A stretch of 64,000 nucleotides of DNA from a virus: positions 1 through 64,000 of the IMG/VR virus record IMGVR_UViG_3300020198_001494; one strand, 5' to 3'. Positions within the stretch are counted from its first letter, which is position 1, and every line of letters begins with the position of its first letter. The translations under genes and the position numbers were made by a program. Positions 42,656 through 51,975 of this stretch are shown here, one piece after another. The notes under the pieces are model-generated. The model did no database searches. It was not told the origin of the DNA and saw only the letters and a program-made list of their open reading frames with translations.

Positions 42656-43216
42656 TTAATCCTCCACTTTTTCAGTATTACATTTAACTAAAGAATGTGG
42701 GCAATATCCAAAATGTCCTAAAGAAAAATTACAATTCATACATAAAACTCTTAATCCAATATCTATAGGAAAGTTATTTTTCTTTAGCCATTCATAAAAA
42801 GATCCACCAACTTTATTTTTACCAAAAATAGTTTTTCTATGTTTTGCTCCATCATTATTAACATGATCTATAGATAAAAACTCTAAATTAGTTTCACCAC
42901 AACATTTACATATACACCCACCATAAGTATTAAATACTTGTAATTTTAAAGCTAGCCTTTTTGCTCTTTGATTAGAATTAATCCTATCTCTGTTACTATC
43001 TCTCCACTTTCTCGCCCAATCACGACATTTACAACATTTTTTAAAAAAACCTTCTACTTGATTTCCACACTCGCATAAACCATCTTTACGATTACGTTGT
43101 TTTCTTATTGGATCGTAACTATATCTACATAATCTACAATGTGACGATAGTCTACCTTTATAAGTAGAAAAATACTGATCCTCTTTTTCTACTCCGCACT
43201 TAGTACATTTTTTCAA
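42656..43216 (-). CDS. Free-standing HNH-type endonuclease with zinc fingers
   Basis: KKCTKC..CRLC N-terminus; CKCCGE..FLSIDHVNNDG..LRVLCMNCN nuclease motif; TTG start. Confidence 0.8.
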   Translation of the reverse strand: MKKCTKCGVEKEDQYFSTYKGRLSSHCRLCRYSYDPIRKQRNRKDGLCECGNQVEGFFKKCCKCRDWARKWRDSNRDRINSNQRAKRLALKLQVFNTYGGCICKCCGETNLEFLSIDHVNNDGAKHRKTIFGKNKVGGSFYEWLKKNNFPIDIGLRVLCMNCNFSLGHFGYCPHSLVKCNTEKVED

Positions 43217-43239
43217 AACTACACCATAAAAATTTTTAC

Positions 43240-44478
43240 TTATTTCTTTTTATTCTTTTTAGAAGCGGCTTTTACAGCCTCTTGAGAAATTACTTTCTTT
43301 TTTGGTGACTCTTTCTTTGGGGCTGGCTTAAGTTCTGGTTTTTTAGTAATATTATCAAATTTTACACGTTTCGTAGGATCTGAAGCAATACCAATCGCTA
43401 CATCTTTTAAAAGATCTCTTGATTTCTGACTACCTGGGGTTTTTACCGCCTTTCCTACATCTTTAACACTTTTACCCAAACCAACTTGCTTATCTAAACG
43501 TCTTATAGAAATGTCCTGTTCCGCCCAGTTCTTTCCTAATGATTTAGAAAAATCTGAAGATAGGTTATCTACTCTTTTTCTACTTTTACCTATATTTTTT
43601 ACTTTACTATAATCCTTACTTAGGTCTAAATCAGACTTCTTATTTATCTTCCTCTCTAAAGACTTTCTAGCTACCTTATTACCTTTATTGCAAGAGCAAT
43701 TACCACAACAATTGCCACTACCACAATTATTACCGCAATTAGCACAAATAACCATAGCTAACTTTGGATTCTGTGTACGAATATTATTAAGCATAGCTTT
43801 TCTAGCTACTACAGGCATAAACTCATCTAAAGTTTTACCAGTATCCATCTCAGGAGTAAAGTTAGCGGCATTGCCTGTATAAGTGGTAACACCGTCTTCA
43901 TGGGATAAATACTGTTTTTTATACCAATGTAAGCCTTTATTACTGTCTAGATTGTCTTGAATGAAAGTACCGGAATTCTTATGCTCACCGATAGTGTCTT
44001 CGATACCAGGATGAAGCTGACTGGCTAACTTGATTAAATCTTGAGCTACCTTTAGTAACTTACTATCAACATTTTTTCTAGAAGCTTTCTTAGATACCTT
44101 ATTCTGCATAGCTTTTCTAGCTATCATAGGCTGTCTAGGAGCAGAGCCTCCAGAATAAAGTTCCTGAACTTTTTGATCTACAGTTTTCGGATAAAAATCA
44201 GAATTATGTGTCTGATCACCATAAACATTCATGGCGTCACTGGTGGCTTCCTCTATTGAAGGAGTATAAAACTCATCCTCTGGAATCTCAGCACCATGCT
44301 GTTGTGGTAGATACTGTTGACGATACCAACTATATGTCTTATTGATATCAATATTATCTTGTACTTTTTCACCAGAGTTGATATGTGCGCCAATCTGGTC
44401 TTCAATACCAGGAGCCAAAAGGCTGGCTAATTTTGCTAACTCTGAAGCCATCTCTAATTTTTCGGATCTCTTTGACAT
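43240..44478 (-). CDS. Putative internal head protein with a duplicated ~40-aa module and a Cys cluster
   Basis: Two copies of KLAS.L.PGIED.IG.H.NSG..QDN.D.NK...WY.QQYL; CANCGNNCGSGNCCGNCSC; Lys-rich tail; GAGG SD. Confidence 0.5.
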   Translation of the reverse strand: MSKRSEKLEMASELAKLASLLAPGIEDQIGAHINSGEKVQDNIDINKTYSWYRQQYLPQQHGAEIPEDEFYTPSIEEATSDAMNVYGDQTHNSDFYPKTVDQKVQELYSGGSAPRQPMIARKAMQNKVSKKASRKNVDSKLLKVAQDLIKLASQLHPGIEDTIGEHKNSGTFIQDNLDSNKGLHWYKKQYLSHEDGVTTYTGNAANFTPEMDTGKTLDEFMPVVARKAMLNNIRTQNPKLAMVICANCGNNCGSGNCCGNCSCNKGNKVARKSLERKINKKSDLDLSKDYSKVKNIGKSRKRVDNLSSDFSKSLGKNWAEQDISIRRLDKQVGLGKSVKDVGKAVKTPGSQKSRDLLKDVAIGIASDPTKRVKFDNITKKPELKPAPKKESPKKKVISQEAVKAASKKNKKK

Positions 44479-44578
44479 CTAATAACCCTCTAATACTTGT
44501 TAAAAGCACCTTGGCTTTGTGGTAGATATGAAAAACCTAACATACAATAACAAATAACTATTAATAAATTAAAAAATT

Positions 44579-45976
44579 CTACTCTATAACCTTAATAATT
44601 GGAATCATATCAACGATAAAGGATCTTCTTGATCTATTAAAATCATTAGTAAGTTTATCTTCTAAATCATATGCATCGTCTTCCATTTGTTTTTTACGTA
44701 ATCTTTCTCTCTGACGTTTTTCAGCTTTCTCTAACTCTTTACGCCTTCTTTCATCCTCTTTCTTTATACTGTTATACTCTTTTAACCTTCTCGCTTCTTC
44801 TCTGGCTTTATTGATTTCTTCACGTCTTTTACGTTTAGACTCCTCTAAATCTCGCCTAGTTTTAACACTGCTTTCTAAATCTTTATCTTTTTCTTGCTGC
44901 TTATTTTGTAATCTCTGTTTTTCATCTTTGATAGAATCTGGCTCATCTTTATTATCAGACTCCTCTACTGTGAATTTCTTCTCGGTTTTCCTCTTAGGCT
45001 TTTCTGTCCTCTTGATATCTTCCTCATCTTCTCTAACTTTTATAACCTTTTGCTCAAGCTCACCCTCTGGGGAATCTTTTAAATCTCTAAGGAATGGAGA
45101 TTTTCTCTCTTCGTCTTCTTTTAGCTCTGATCTTTCCAAAGATTCTAAAGGCTCTTCCTTACCTTCCTCAACAGTAAATGGTTTTGTTGGTATTGGTTCT
45201 GGAAGCTCCTCTGGCTCCTCTTTTATCTCAATCTCTTTACCAACATCAGTCTCTTTTACTTCAGCTAAATCTTCCTCACCTGGACGCATTGGAATAGGTC
45301 TTTCATTTAAATCAGCAAGATCATCCGGAGTAAGTATATCCTCTACTTCTTCTACTTTAGTTACTGGCTCTTTTTCTTCCTCTAGAAACTCATCAGTAAA
45401 TGGACCTTTTTCAATAGGCTCTTTTTCTTCAATCTCTGGTTCAAACTCTTCTGGTTTTTTAGCAGTATCCCAATCCATTTTATTTAGCATTCTACGTAAT
45501 GCCACATAAACATGCTTACAAACTAAATTCTTTCCAGCAGGATCTCTTTTATTAGGAGCTACCAAAAGTCCTCTTGGTGGGTTACCTGGGCTTGTATAAA
45601 GAGCACCATCGTTATATAAATGATACTGACTACCGTAATATAGAAAAGCTGGACAACTACAATTCACTTTAGCCCTAATGTCATGCTTATCGAAAACAGT
45701 ATTTGGATCGTCTAATAATTGAACGTTCACAGTATGTCCAGACGGATCGGAGTAATATTCACCACACCTAACATCCCAAGACCAAACACCACTACTTTGA
45801 TTAATTTTCTGTAATGCTGTTGTACAGTTATATGACTTATTTTTAAATTCAGAATTACTATTAGCTAATTCATCTAAAGATAAATAAGCTATTTTAATGT
45901 TTTTTAAATAAACGTCTCCTATCTTTACTATAACACCTAGTAAAGTTTCTGTTTTTACCGCGTATCTAAAAAACAC
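44579..45976 (-). CDS. SWIM zinc-finger protein with charged low-complexity C-terminus
   Basis: CSCPAFLY...VCKH (CxC..CxH) SWIM motif. Confidence 0.7.
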   Translation of the reverse strand: MFFRYAVKTETLLGVIVKIGDVYLKNIKIAYLSLDELANSNSEFKNKSYNCTTALQKINQSSGVWSWDVRCGEYYSDPSGHTVNVQLLDDPNTVFDKHDIRAKVNCSCPAFLYYGSQYHLYNDGALYTSPGNPPRGLLVAPNKRDPAGKNLVCKHVYVALRRMLNKMDWDTAKKPEEFEPEIEEKEPIEKGPFTDEFLEEEKEPVTKVEEVEDILTPDDLADLNERPIPMRPGEEDLAEVKETDVGKEIEIKEEPEELPEPIPTKPFTVEEGKEEPLESLERSELKEDEERKSPFLRDLKDSPEGELEQKVIKVREDEEDIKRTEKPKRKTEKKFTVEESDNKDEPDSIKDEKQRLQNKQQEKDKDLESSVKTRRDLEESKRKRREEINKAREEARRLKEYNSIKKEDERRRKELEKAEKRQRERLRKKQMEDDAYDLEDKLTNDFNRSRRSFIVDMIPIIKVIE

Positions 45977-45977
45977 T

Positions 45978-46988
45978 TTATGACTCTAGCAAAGCTCCTA
46001 CTAATAGTCCTCTAGCAATAGCTGTTAGAGGTTCTTTAGCTAATTTTATATCACTCACTTTAAATGGAAATTTAGATTTATATTCATTAAATGTTTTTAT
46101 AAAAAGATCAACAAACCCAGGAGCCATCGTTGTACCACCGGCTAATACTATTGGAATTGAATCAGGTATCTCAGCTTGTACTTTTTTCATTTCTAATAAC
46201 ATCAAATCTAATGATTTCGATATCATAGCCTGGTAATAAAATGCTATGGCCTCTTCCTCTTTTGTTGCAAAAGAGGAAGAATTAAGATTAACTCCCTTCT
46301 CTTTAATAGCTTGTATTCTAGTTGCTGTGCTGCTAACTGCTTTGCCACTATTAGTGTCTATCCAATCGCCTCCGAGTTGTATACTGAACTGTAGTAAAGG
46401 CATTGTCATATAACTAAGACAGAAATTAAACATTCCTGCCCCTATAGAAATAGAAATACCTGTAAAATTAGTATCTTTAAGCTCTGAGTAGCATATAGCA
46501 AGAGCCTCGTTCATAGGAACCGGGTTAAATCCCAAACCTTGTATTATATTATAAAATACTTTCTCGTGATATATATTATTTACACTCTTATCATCAACTG
46601 GATTAGCTGGAACAGAATAAAAAACCTGTTCACCACTTACAACTGGTTTACCTAAAAGACTTCTTACCATAGCAGTAAGTATTTCTCCAGAAGTATTTAA
46701 CTCCTCTGGGGAAATAATACCTTTACTTAGCGGCCTCCTAGCTTCTCTCTTAAGCAAATTAGCAAAATTTATAGCTTCCTCACCAATTACATAAAGCTCA
46801 TTATCTTTCTCGATAGTAAGAGCGCCTGTCATTTTTATTGTATTTTTAACAAAAGACTCGTTAGATATATCTATAAAAGCATCACGCATTCTACCTATAA
46901 CAATATTACCGTCTTTACTTTTTGCTGCGGAAATAAGATTAGACGTACCTACGTCTAGCCCTCTACCAGGTATAAAATCTGAAGACAC
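45978..46988 (-). CDS. Actin-fold ATPase (MreB/ParM superfamily; volactin-like)
   Basis: Phosphate-1 GLDVGTSN, connect-1 PMNEALA, phosphate-2 SIGAG, GGDWID, adenosine VLAGGT, connect-2 EPLTAIARG. Confidence 0.85.
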   Translation of the reverse strand: MSSDFIPGRGLDVGTSNLISAAKSKDGNIVIGRMRDAFIDISNESFVKNTIKMTGALTIEKDNELYVIGEEAINFANLLKREARRPLSKGIISPEELNTSGEILTAMVRSLLGKPVVSGEQVFYSVPANPVDDKSVNNIYHEKVFYNIIQGLGFNPVPMNEALAICYSELKDTNFTGISISIGAGMFNFCLSYMTMPLLQFSIQLGGDWIDTNSGKAVSSTATRIQAIKEKGVNLNSSSFATKEEEAIAFYYQAMISKSLDLMLLEMKKVQAEIPDSIPIVLAGGTTMAPGFVDLFIKTFNEYKSKFPFKVSDIKLAKEPLTAIARGLLVGALLES

Positions 46989-46998
46989 GAAAAACCAC

Positions 46999-47553
46999 CT
47001 ACTTCTTTTTTATCTTTTTAATTGCTTTAACAGCAGAATCAGTATCTATAATGGATCCAGAGCTTTCTTGTTTTACTGAGCCTATATCGGGTACATTATC
47101 TGTTTTAATCTTAGGAACGAATACAGGAGCGTCTAAAGAAATACCGCCACTATTATCAAGAGGTGCTGAAGGTTTAGCATTTTGTTGTAATGGGGCATGA
47201 ACATTATCTACTTTATTTCTCAAACCTACTAATTGATTAAATACTTCCTCAATTATTCCCGCTAGTCTACCTACTTGAGCTTTTAAATCTTCAAACTCCG
47301 AAACACTAACTGCCGGAGTATTAGATACATTAACTTTAGATGGTGGTTTAGGTCCAATCCTTCTATTGGGATCTGACATAGCCTGTCTTAATTCTGCGCC
47401 AGATACCTCAACTAACCAATGCTTCAGAATAGCTTCTTTAACCATTGGATTACTAATCTGATCGTCATCTAGCCAATTTATGTCGCCGTATTTCCAAATA
47501 TGCCCTGTTTCTAAATCCATTATACCGTGTACTGTAGATCTATATGAAATCAC
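46999..47553 (-). CDS. Coiled-coil protein, candidate partner of the actin homologue
   Basis: GGAGG SD, GTG start; central coiled coil (FEDLKAQVGRLAGIIEE), basic amphipathic C-terminal helix; 10 bp from the actin gene. Confidence 0.55.
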   Translation of the reverse strand: MISYRSTVHGIMDLETGHIWKYGDINWLDDDQISNPMVKEAILKHWLVEVSGAELRQAMSDPNRRIGPKPPSKVNVSNTPAVSVSEFEDLKAQVGRLAGIIEEVFNQLVGLRNKVDNVHAPLQQNAKPSAPLDNSGGISLDAPVFVPKIKTDNVPDIGSVKQESSGSIIDTDSAVKAIKKIKKK

Positions 47554-47587
47554 AAATTAAATCCTCCGTCACATATAAATAAATTAT

Positions 47588-48496
47588 TTATAATCTACTC
47601 TTTATTAAAATTTCAATACATTTATATAACTCCTCATATAAAGGAGAAAAATCAAAAACATTAAAATCTATATTATCATCCTCACTAACAGTATCGTCTA
47701 TTTTTTTAGATATCTTTTTAGTTCCCCATTTTTTATTTAAAACTTTTTCTCTTTCCTCTTTCCAAGAGACTTTTCTACTGCCCCACACTGACACAGTACC
47801 TCTTGCTACTATACGGTTATTATTACCCCATACAGAAGCCTTTCCTGGCACAATAGGAACCTTTTTAGTACCCCATTTTTTTAACCTACCTGGTGGTTTA
47901 ATAACCGTTCTTGTACCACTAACTAAAACCTTACCTTTTTCAATTTTATCTTGCTCTCTTTTTTTTCTAAACTCTTCTGGTGTCTCAATCCTGCCTCTAA
48001 CCCTATTTTTAGGGGTAATTCCTTTCATATACAAAATATCTCTCTCTATAGCATCTATCTGCTCAACTCTTTCTTTACTATTTATCAACCCCTTTCTGTA
48101 TAAATTCTCTACCTCATCTTTTCTAGCATTTAAGCTACCACTAATACGCTTATCTTTACTTGAAACCCTTCCGTACCTACTTAAAACGTCTCTCTGATCT
48201 TTCCCAACACTTCTTTTAGACTTTTTAGTAGGTGTTTTAAATTTAATATCAAAACCTACTTCAAATTTTTGACTACTTTCTGTATTTAACACAATTCTAG
48301 TAAATACACTAATGTTAAGTAAACTTTTTACGTATTCTTTATCCCCAGAAAAATTTTTTGTTCTTTCTATAACTCTAAACGCAAGCATTTTTAATCTATT
48401 TGAGGACATAGTATTAAATGTTTTTCTAAGATCATGATCAGATAAAGCGTCAATTAATAAATCTTCAAGGCTACCCTCTATTTTTATATCAAGCAT
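47588..48496 (-). CDS. Basic hypothetical protein (neck region)
   Basis: 302-aa ORF co-oriented in the operon; K/R-rich with WG repeats. Confidence 0.55.
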   Translation of the reverse strand: MLDIKIEGSLEDLLIDALSDHDLRKTFNTMSSNRLKMLAFRVIERTKNFSGDKEYVKSLLNISVFTRIVLNTESSQKFEVGFDIKFKTPTKKSKRSVGKDQRDVLSRYGRVSSKDKRISGSLNARKDEVENLYRKGLINSKERVEQIDAIERDILYMKGITPKNRVRGRIETPEEFRKKREQDKIEKGKVLVSGTRTVIKPPGRLKKWGTKKVPIVPGKASVWGNNNRIVARGTVSVWGSRKVSWKEEREKVLNKKWGTKKISKKIDDTVSEDDNIDFNVFDFSPLYEELYKCIEILIKSRL

Positions 48497-48500
48497 AAAA

Positions 48501-49709
48501 CTACAGTATTTCCTCCCACACCTTCTTTCTTGCTGCTATTTGCTCTTTCGTAGGAGGTGTAGGAGGATTTGCATTTGGTGGAATTACTAGTTTACCGTCA
48601 AGTGGTACAAAATATCTTATATCCTTAGTCTGTATTAATGATAAAGAAAACTGTTGTTGTAGTGGAGTTCCCCCTACAACAGATAAACTAACTGCACCCA
48701 CTGCAAACCTATCCCCGTTCTTTCTTACAACAAAATCTCTTTGTGAAATTAAGGGGGTTTGTCCAGTCCAAGTATCAAATTGAAAAGTAGGCTTTAATCC
48801 TAAATCAGTAGCTTCTAATGATTTAGGAGCATCTGGGGAAGCAATTGAAATATCATATGGTCCTGTATATCCGCCAACCCATCCAGTACCAAAACATATT
48901 TTGCAATCATTCGTAGACTGTTGATGAGTCGGGTAAAAGGACTCGCACCTATCCCCAGCCCACTTTCTTAAAAAGAGTTTGACCATTTCACCACCTTGTT
49001 CAAGAATGTAACCATTTCTACCCATTGCCTCCTGCCATACAGGATCTACTTCATTTATAACATCTGAGTTTATCGCTATACAAGCATCTAAAGGTGTTTC
49101 TTTTAGTCCCTCATCATCTGATCCAACTGTAGTTAATTTATAATAAACACGCTTGTTAAGCGATATGGATACATAATTTGAATTATAATAATACTTACAA
49201 ACTACAGTACTATTTTCACTCGGTAAAAGAGGCTCTATGTTTCTTTTAGTCCTGTGATCATAATATAAAAAAGTATTAAGATAAACATGTCCTTGATGGC
49301 CAAGAACTTTTAAAGGCTTTACTTCAGTACCATCAATAACAACAGAAACATCTCTACCGTTAGTAACTTCAGTATCTACAGCATCATTTATTACCATAGG
49401 TATATTATCTACCTTAAAAATCCACTCACTATTTGGACTTTTTCCCTTAGTTAAAAACTTAGTAGAAACATCCTCTTGTACTAATGACACCTCATTAGCG
49501 TCTCTATAGTATCCAACGGTTACTGGATTTTTATTTACTCTAATATAAGATCCTTTTGGGTCATCATATGCTCTATAGATATTTACTCCTTTTACTACAA
49601 AAAACCCATTTTCAGGCAGCAACGAAGGGTCATCCCAAGTAAGGTCAAAAGCCCATTGGGTTCCCGGATTATAAAGACCTATATTAACCGGTGATACTGG
49701 AAACGCCAT
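48501..49709 (-). CDS. Neck/head-closure-like protein
   Basis: FN3-like start (LTWDDP..VNIYRA); C-terminal RKW.G.RC...CKICFGTGWVGGY motif of large-myovirus neck proteins; position. Confidence 0.5.
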   Translation of the reverse strand: MAFPVSPVNIGLYNPGTQWAFDLTWDDPSLLPENGFFVVKGVNIYRAYDDPKGSYIRVNKNPVTVGYYRDANEVSLVQEDVSTKFLTKGKSPNSEWIFKVDNIPMVINDAVDTEVTNGRDVSVVIDGTEVKPLKVLGHQGHVYLNTFLYYDHRTKRNIEPLLPSENSTVVCKYYYNSNYVSISLNKRVYYKLTTVGSDDEGLKETPLDACIAINSDVINEVDPVWQEAMGRNGYILEQGGEMVKLFLRKWAGDRCESFYPTHQQSTNDCKICFGTGWVGGYTGPYDISIASPDAPKSLEATDLGLKPTFQFDTWTGQTPLISQRDFVVRKNGDRFAVGAVSLSVVGGTPLQQQFSLSLIQTKDIRYFVPLDGKLVIPPNANPPTPPTKEQIAARKKVWEEIL

Positions 49710-50073
49710 TTACGTTTTCTTGACTTATCTCCCCTGTCATCATATCTATTTCCCAACCACCCTCTTGTGTTGGAATTCCATATTTAAGAGCTAAATCTCT
49801 AGTATACATAGCCTTAGCATTTTTTATTTCAATCAAATTATTAGTGAGAAGTGTTATTCTCTCGTATGTAACACCAACCTCACTTGTAAGATCTTTAATC
49901 TGCATCTCCATTTGAATCAAAGTTTGTAATTCTTCCTTAGATAAAGACTTCTTTGTAGTATTAACTGGAGGGGGAGTTAACTTACCCTCCCTTAATTGAT
50001 TTAATAAAACTAATTCTTCTGAAGATAGCTCTACTAAATTCTGACTTACATTTTTTGTTTGTGTTTTAGACAT
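49684..50073 (-). CDS. Small coiled-coil protein
   Basis: AGGAG SD; ends LALKYGIP..WEIDMMTGEI; paralogous to 51376-51633. Confidence 0.6.
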   Translation of the reverse strand: MSKTQTKNVSQNLVELSSEELVLLNQLREGKLTPPPVNTTKKSLSKEELQTLIQMEMQIKDLTSEVGVTYERITLLTNNLIEIKNAKAMYTRDLALKYGIPTQEGGWEIDMMTGEISQENVNGVSSITG

Positions 50074-50117
50074 ATAAATTTAAATTTCTCCTAATATAAA
50101 TAAATAATACTAACTAC

Positions 50118-51029
50118 CTAAATAGTTCCCCACCCACGACCTAAAAGATTGCGTATTGATAACACTCCGGGGGCGGCTCCTGGGCCTAGATACCCGCTCT
50201 GGAAACCGGCGGTATAACGAGACTGTCTCAATCCCTTTGTTATTTTTATGGTACTTTTTGCTTGAGTAACCATATCAATAAGTCTTTGATCTAGAGAATC
50301 GCGCATTTGCATATACTTACTAGATTTTTCCAGATCTAAACTGACTCCAGATATATTATAACCAAATTCATCTGCAACCCAATTAAGTGCTACCGCTTGT
50401 ATCGCTAAAACTGCTGCCCCTAATACAACCAACAATCTCCAAGACTTAAATCTACCGCTTTCTAAATGATCTATAGCTAATTCTGTTGCTGGTGGTTGTG
50501 TATTTATCCACCCTAAAGCAAGCTCAAGATAATCTACTAATTCTTCATCTTCCCATATAAATCCAAATTGAGTTGTAAAATTTTTAACGTTTTTCTTTTT
50601 AACTGGTGGTCTAAAGTGGTAATTTCTCTCTGGATTATTATCCCTTAAGACATTCCTTAAACTTTTTAAAAGCTCTTGCTGAACTTTAGAAAGTACCGGA
50701 CCTTCTGTTTGAGTGCATAAATCTACTACAGCAAATCTTTCTTCAGCTACAGATGCATCAGCTTGTTCTGTATCTTTTATCTTCCAGCTTATAAAATACT
50801 CTCCGGTAAACCAATCATCTGGAACTTTTAATCCGGCGTAATAATAACCAATTCTTTCTTTTAGTGGTATTTGATTTTGTAAAACTAAGACATCTATGTT
50901 TGTTTCTGTTCTTCTATAAACATCATACCTTATGGAATAAGGATCCGTTATTACCCCGCTATAACTTCTCAGGACAATATTAAGATCTGCACTACTAAGC
51001 TGTTGTCCTCTATGAAACGCTACACTCAT
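50118..51029 (-). CDS. Head-tail adaptor-like protein with N-terminal Ig-like domain
   Basis: Helical C-half (FIWEDEELVDYLELAL..N..PP; YNISGVSL) of adaptor type; N-domain paralogous to 51042-51368. Confidence 0.5.
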   Translation of the reverse strand: MSVAFHRGQQLSSADLNIVLRSYSGVITDPYSIRYDVYRRTETNIDVLVLQNQIPLKERIGYYYAGLKVPDDWFTGEYFISWKIKDTEQADASVAEERFAVVDLCTQTEGPVLSKVQQELLKSLRNVLRDNNPERNYHFRPPVKKKNVKNFTTQFGFIWEDEELVDYLELALGWINTQPPATELAIDHLESGRFKSWRLLVVLGAAVLAIQAVALNWVADEFGYNISGVSLDLEKSSKYMQMRDSLDQRLIDMVTQAKSTIKITKGLRQSRYTAGFQSGYLGPGAAPGVLSIRNLLGRGWGTI

Positions 51030-51041
51030 ATAAAATATTCC

Positions 51042-51368
51042 TTAAGTTACGCGAGGTGTATTAACAATAGCGAATCTATTTTCTACAGCAAAAGCTTTAC
51101 TTGTTTCAGTTTTTTTTATTGACCACCTAATGTAATATGTACCTAAAGGCGCGTCGTTAGGAACTTTTATAGGGGCATAAAATTTACCTGCCTCTATCTT
51201 TATTGGCGGTACCACTAAAGAACTCATATCATCCAAGGCACCTTTATTGTATTTAAATACCTCATAGTAAATAATAGCAGGATCTATAAAAACACCTTTA
51301 TCATCTCTTATATAAATATATAAATCTTTAGGCCCTAAAGTAGATCCTCTTGAATATGCTATAGCCAT
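51042..51368 (-). CDS. Single Ig-like domain protein
   Basis: GKFYAPIKVP..GTYYIRW matches the N-domain of the next gene. Confidence 0.6.
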   Translation of the reverse strand: MAIAYSRGSTLGPKDLYIYIRDDKGVFIDPAIIYYEVFKYNKGALDDMSSLVVPPIKIEAGKFYAPIKVPNDAPLGTYYIRWSIKKTETSKAFAVENRFAIVNTPRVT

Positions 51369-51375
51369 TACACAC

Positions 51376-51633
51376 TTATTCCAAAATTATTTTTCCATTA
51401 GACAAATTTACTGCCCACTCTTTGCCTTTAGGTATACTATATTTATCTACCAAAGATTTAATAAAATTTTCTCTAGAGATCTTTACTTTATTTAAAACAG
51501 TTTGAGAAATATTAAGCCTCTCATAAGCTTTACCTACATTAATATAAGCATCCTCTAGTAAATGCTCGTAGTCTCTTATTTTTTCTAGGTCATCGTCACC
51601 AATATTTAAATTATCTAATATATTTACAGACAT
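51376..51633 (-). CDS. Small coiled-coil protein
   Basis: Ends LVDKYSIP..WAVNLSNGKI; paralogue of 49684-50073. Confidence 0.6.
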   Translation of the reverse strand: MSVNILDNLNIGDDDLEKIRDYEHLLEDAYINVGKAYERLNISQTVLNKVKISRENFIKSLVDKYSIPKGKEWAVNLSNGKIILE

Positions 51634-51634
51634 T

Positions 51635-51970
51635 TTAAAATCTAAAAACCTCTATTTCTATCATCTCGTCTATAGCAGGAGGAGGTGAATTATTAGACCA
51701 TACAATAAATATTTGACCAGATCCTCTAACAGGGCTTTCAGAATAATCTATACCAGCTATCTGTCTTGCTCCGTTTCTAAAAACATTCATCCAATGACCT
51801 TCACCGTCTGGTCCTGCTGATTTAATACCGGCATTAGAATAATAAGACGGAATAGGTATATCCATATCTATAAGAAAAAATACAAATTTTCCAGTACCTT
51901 TACCATAGCCCTCTGCTAATGGCACGTTTGGTTGATTTTGATTACTTAAACCGGATATACCTATAGGCAT
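51635..51970 (-). CDS. Hypothetical virion protein
   Basis: VFRNG.RQ..GIDY.E beta module common in phage structural proteins. Confidence 0.55.
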   Translation of the reverse strand: MPIGISGLSNQNQPNVPLAEGYGKGTGKFVFFLIDMDIPIPSYYSNAGIKSAGPDGEGHWMNVFRNGARQIAGIDYSESPVRGSGQIFIVWSNNSPPPAIDEMIEIEVFRF

Positions 51971-51975
51971 CTCAT

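Noticed and set aside
42656-43240. Group I intron around the HNH gene
   Set aside because: Flanks are only 4 and 23 bp, leaving no room for a ribozyme core
47572-50102. T4-type late promoter TATAAATA on the plus strand
   Set aside because: It would fire antisense to all genes; treated instead as minus-strand ATTTATAT
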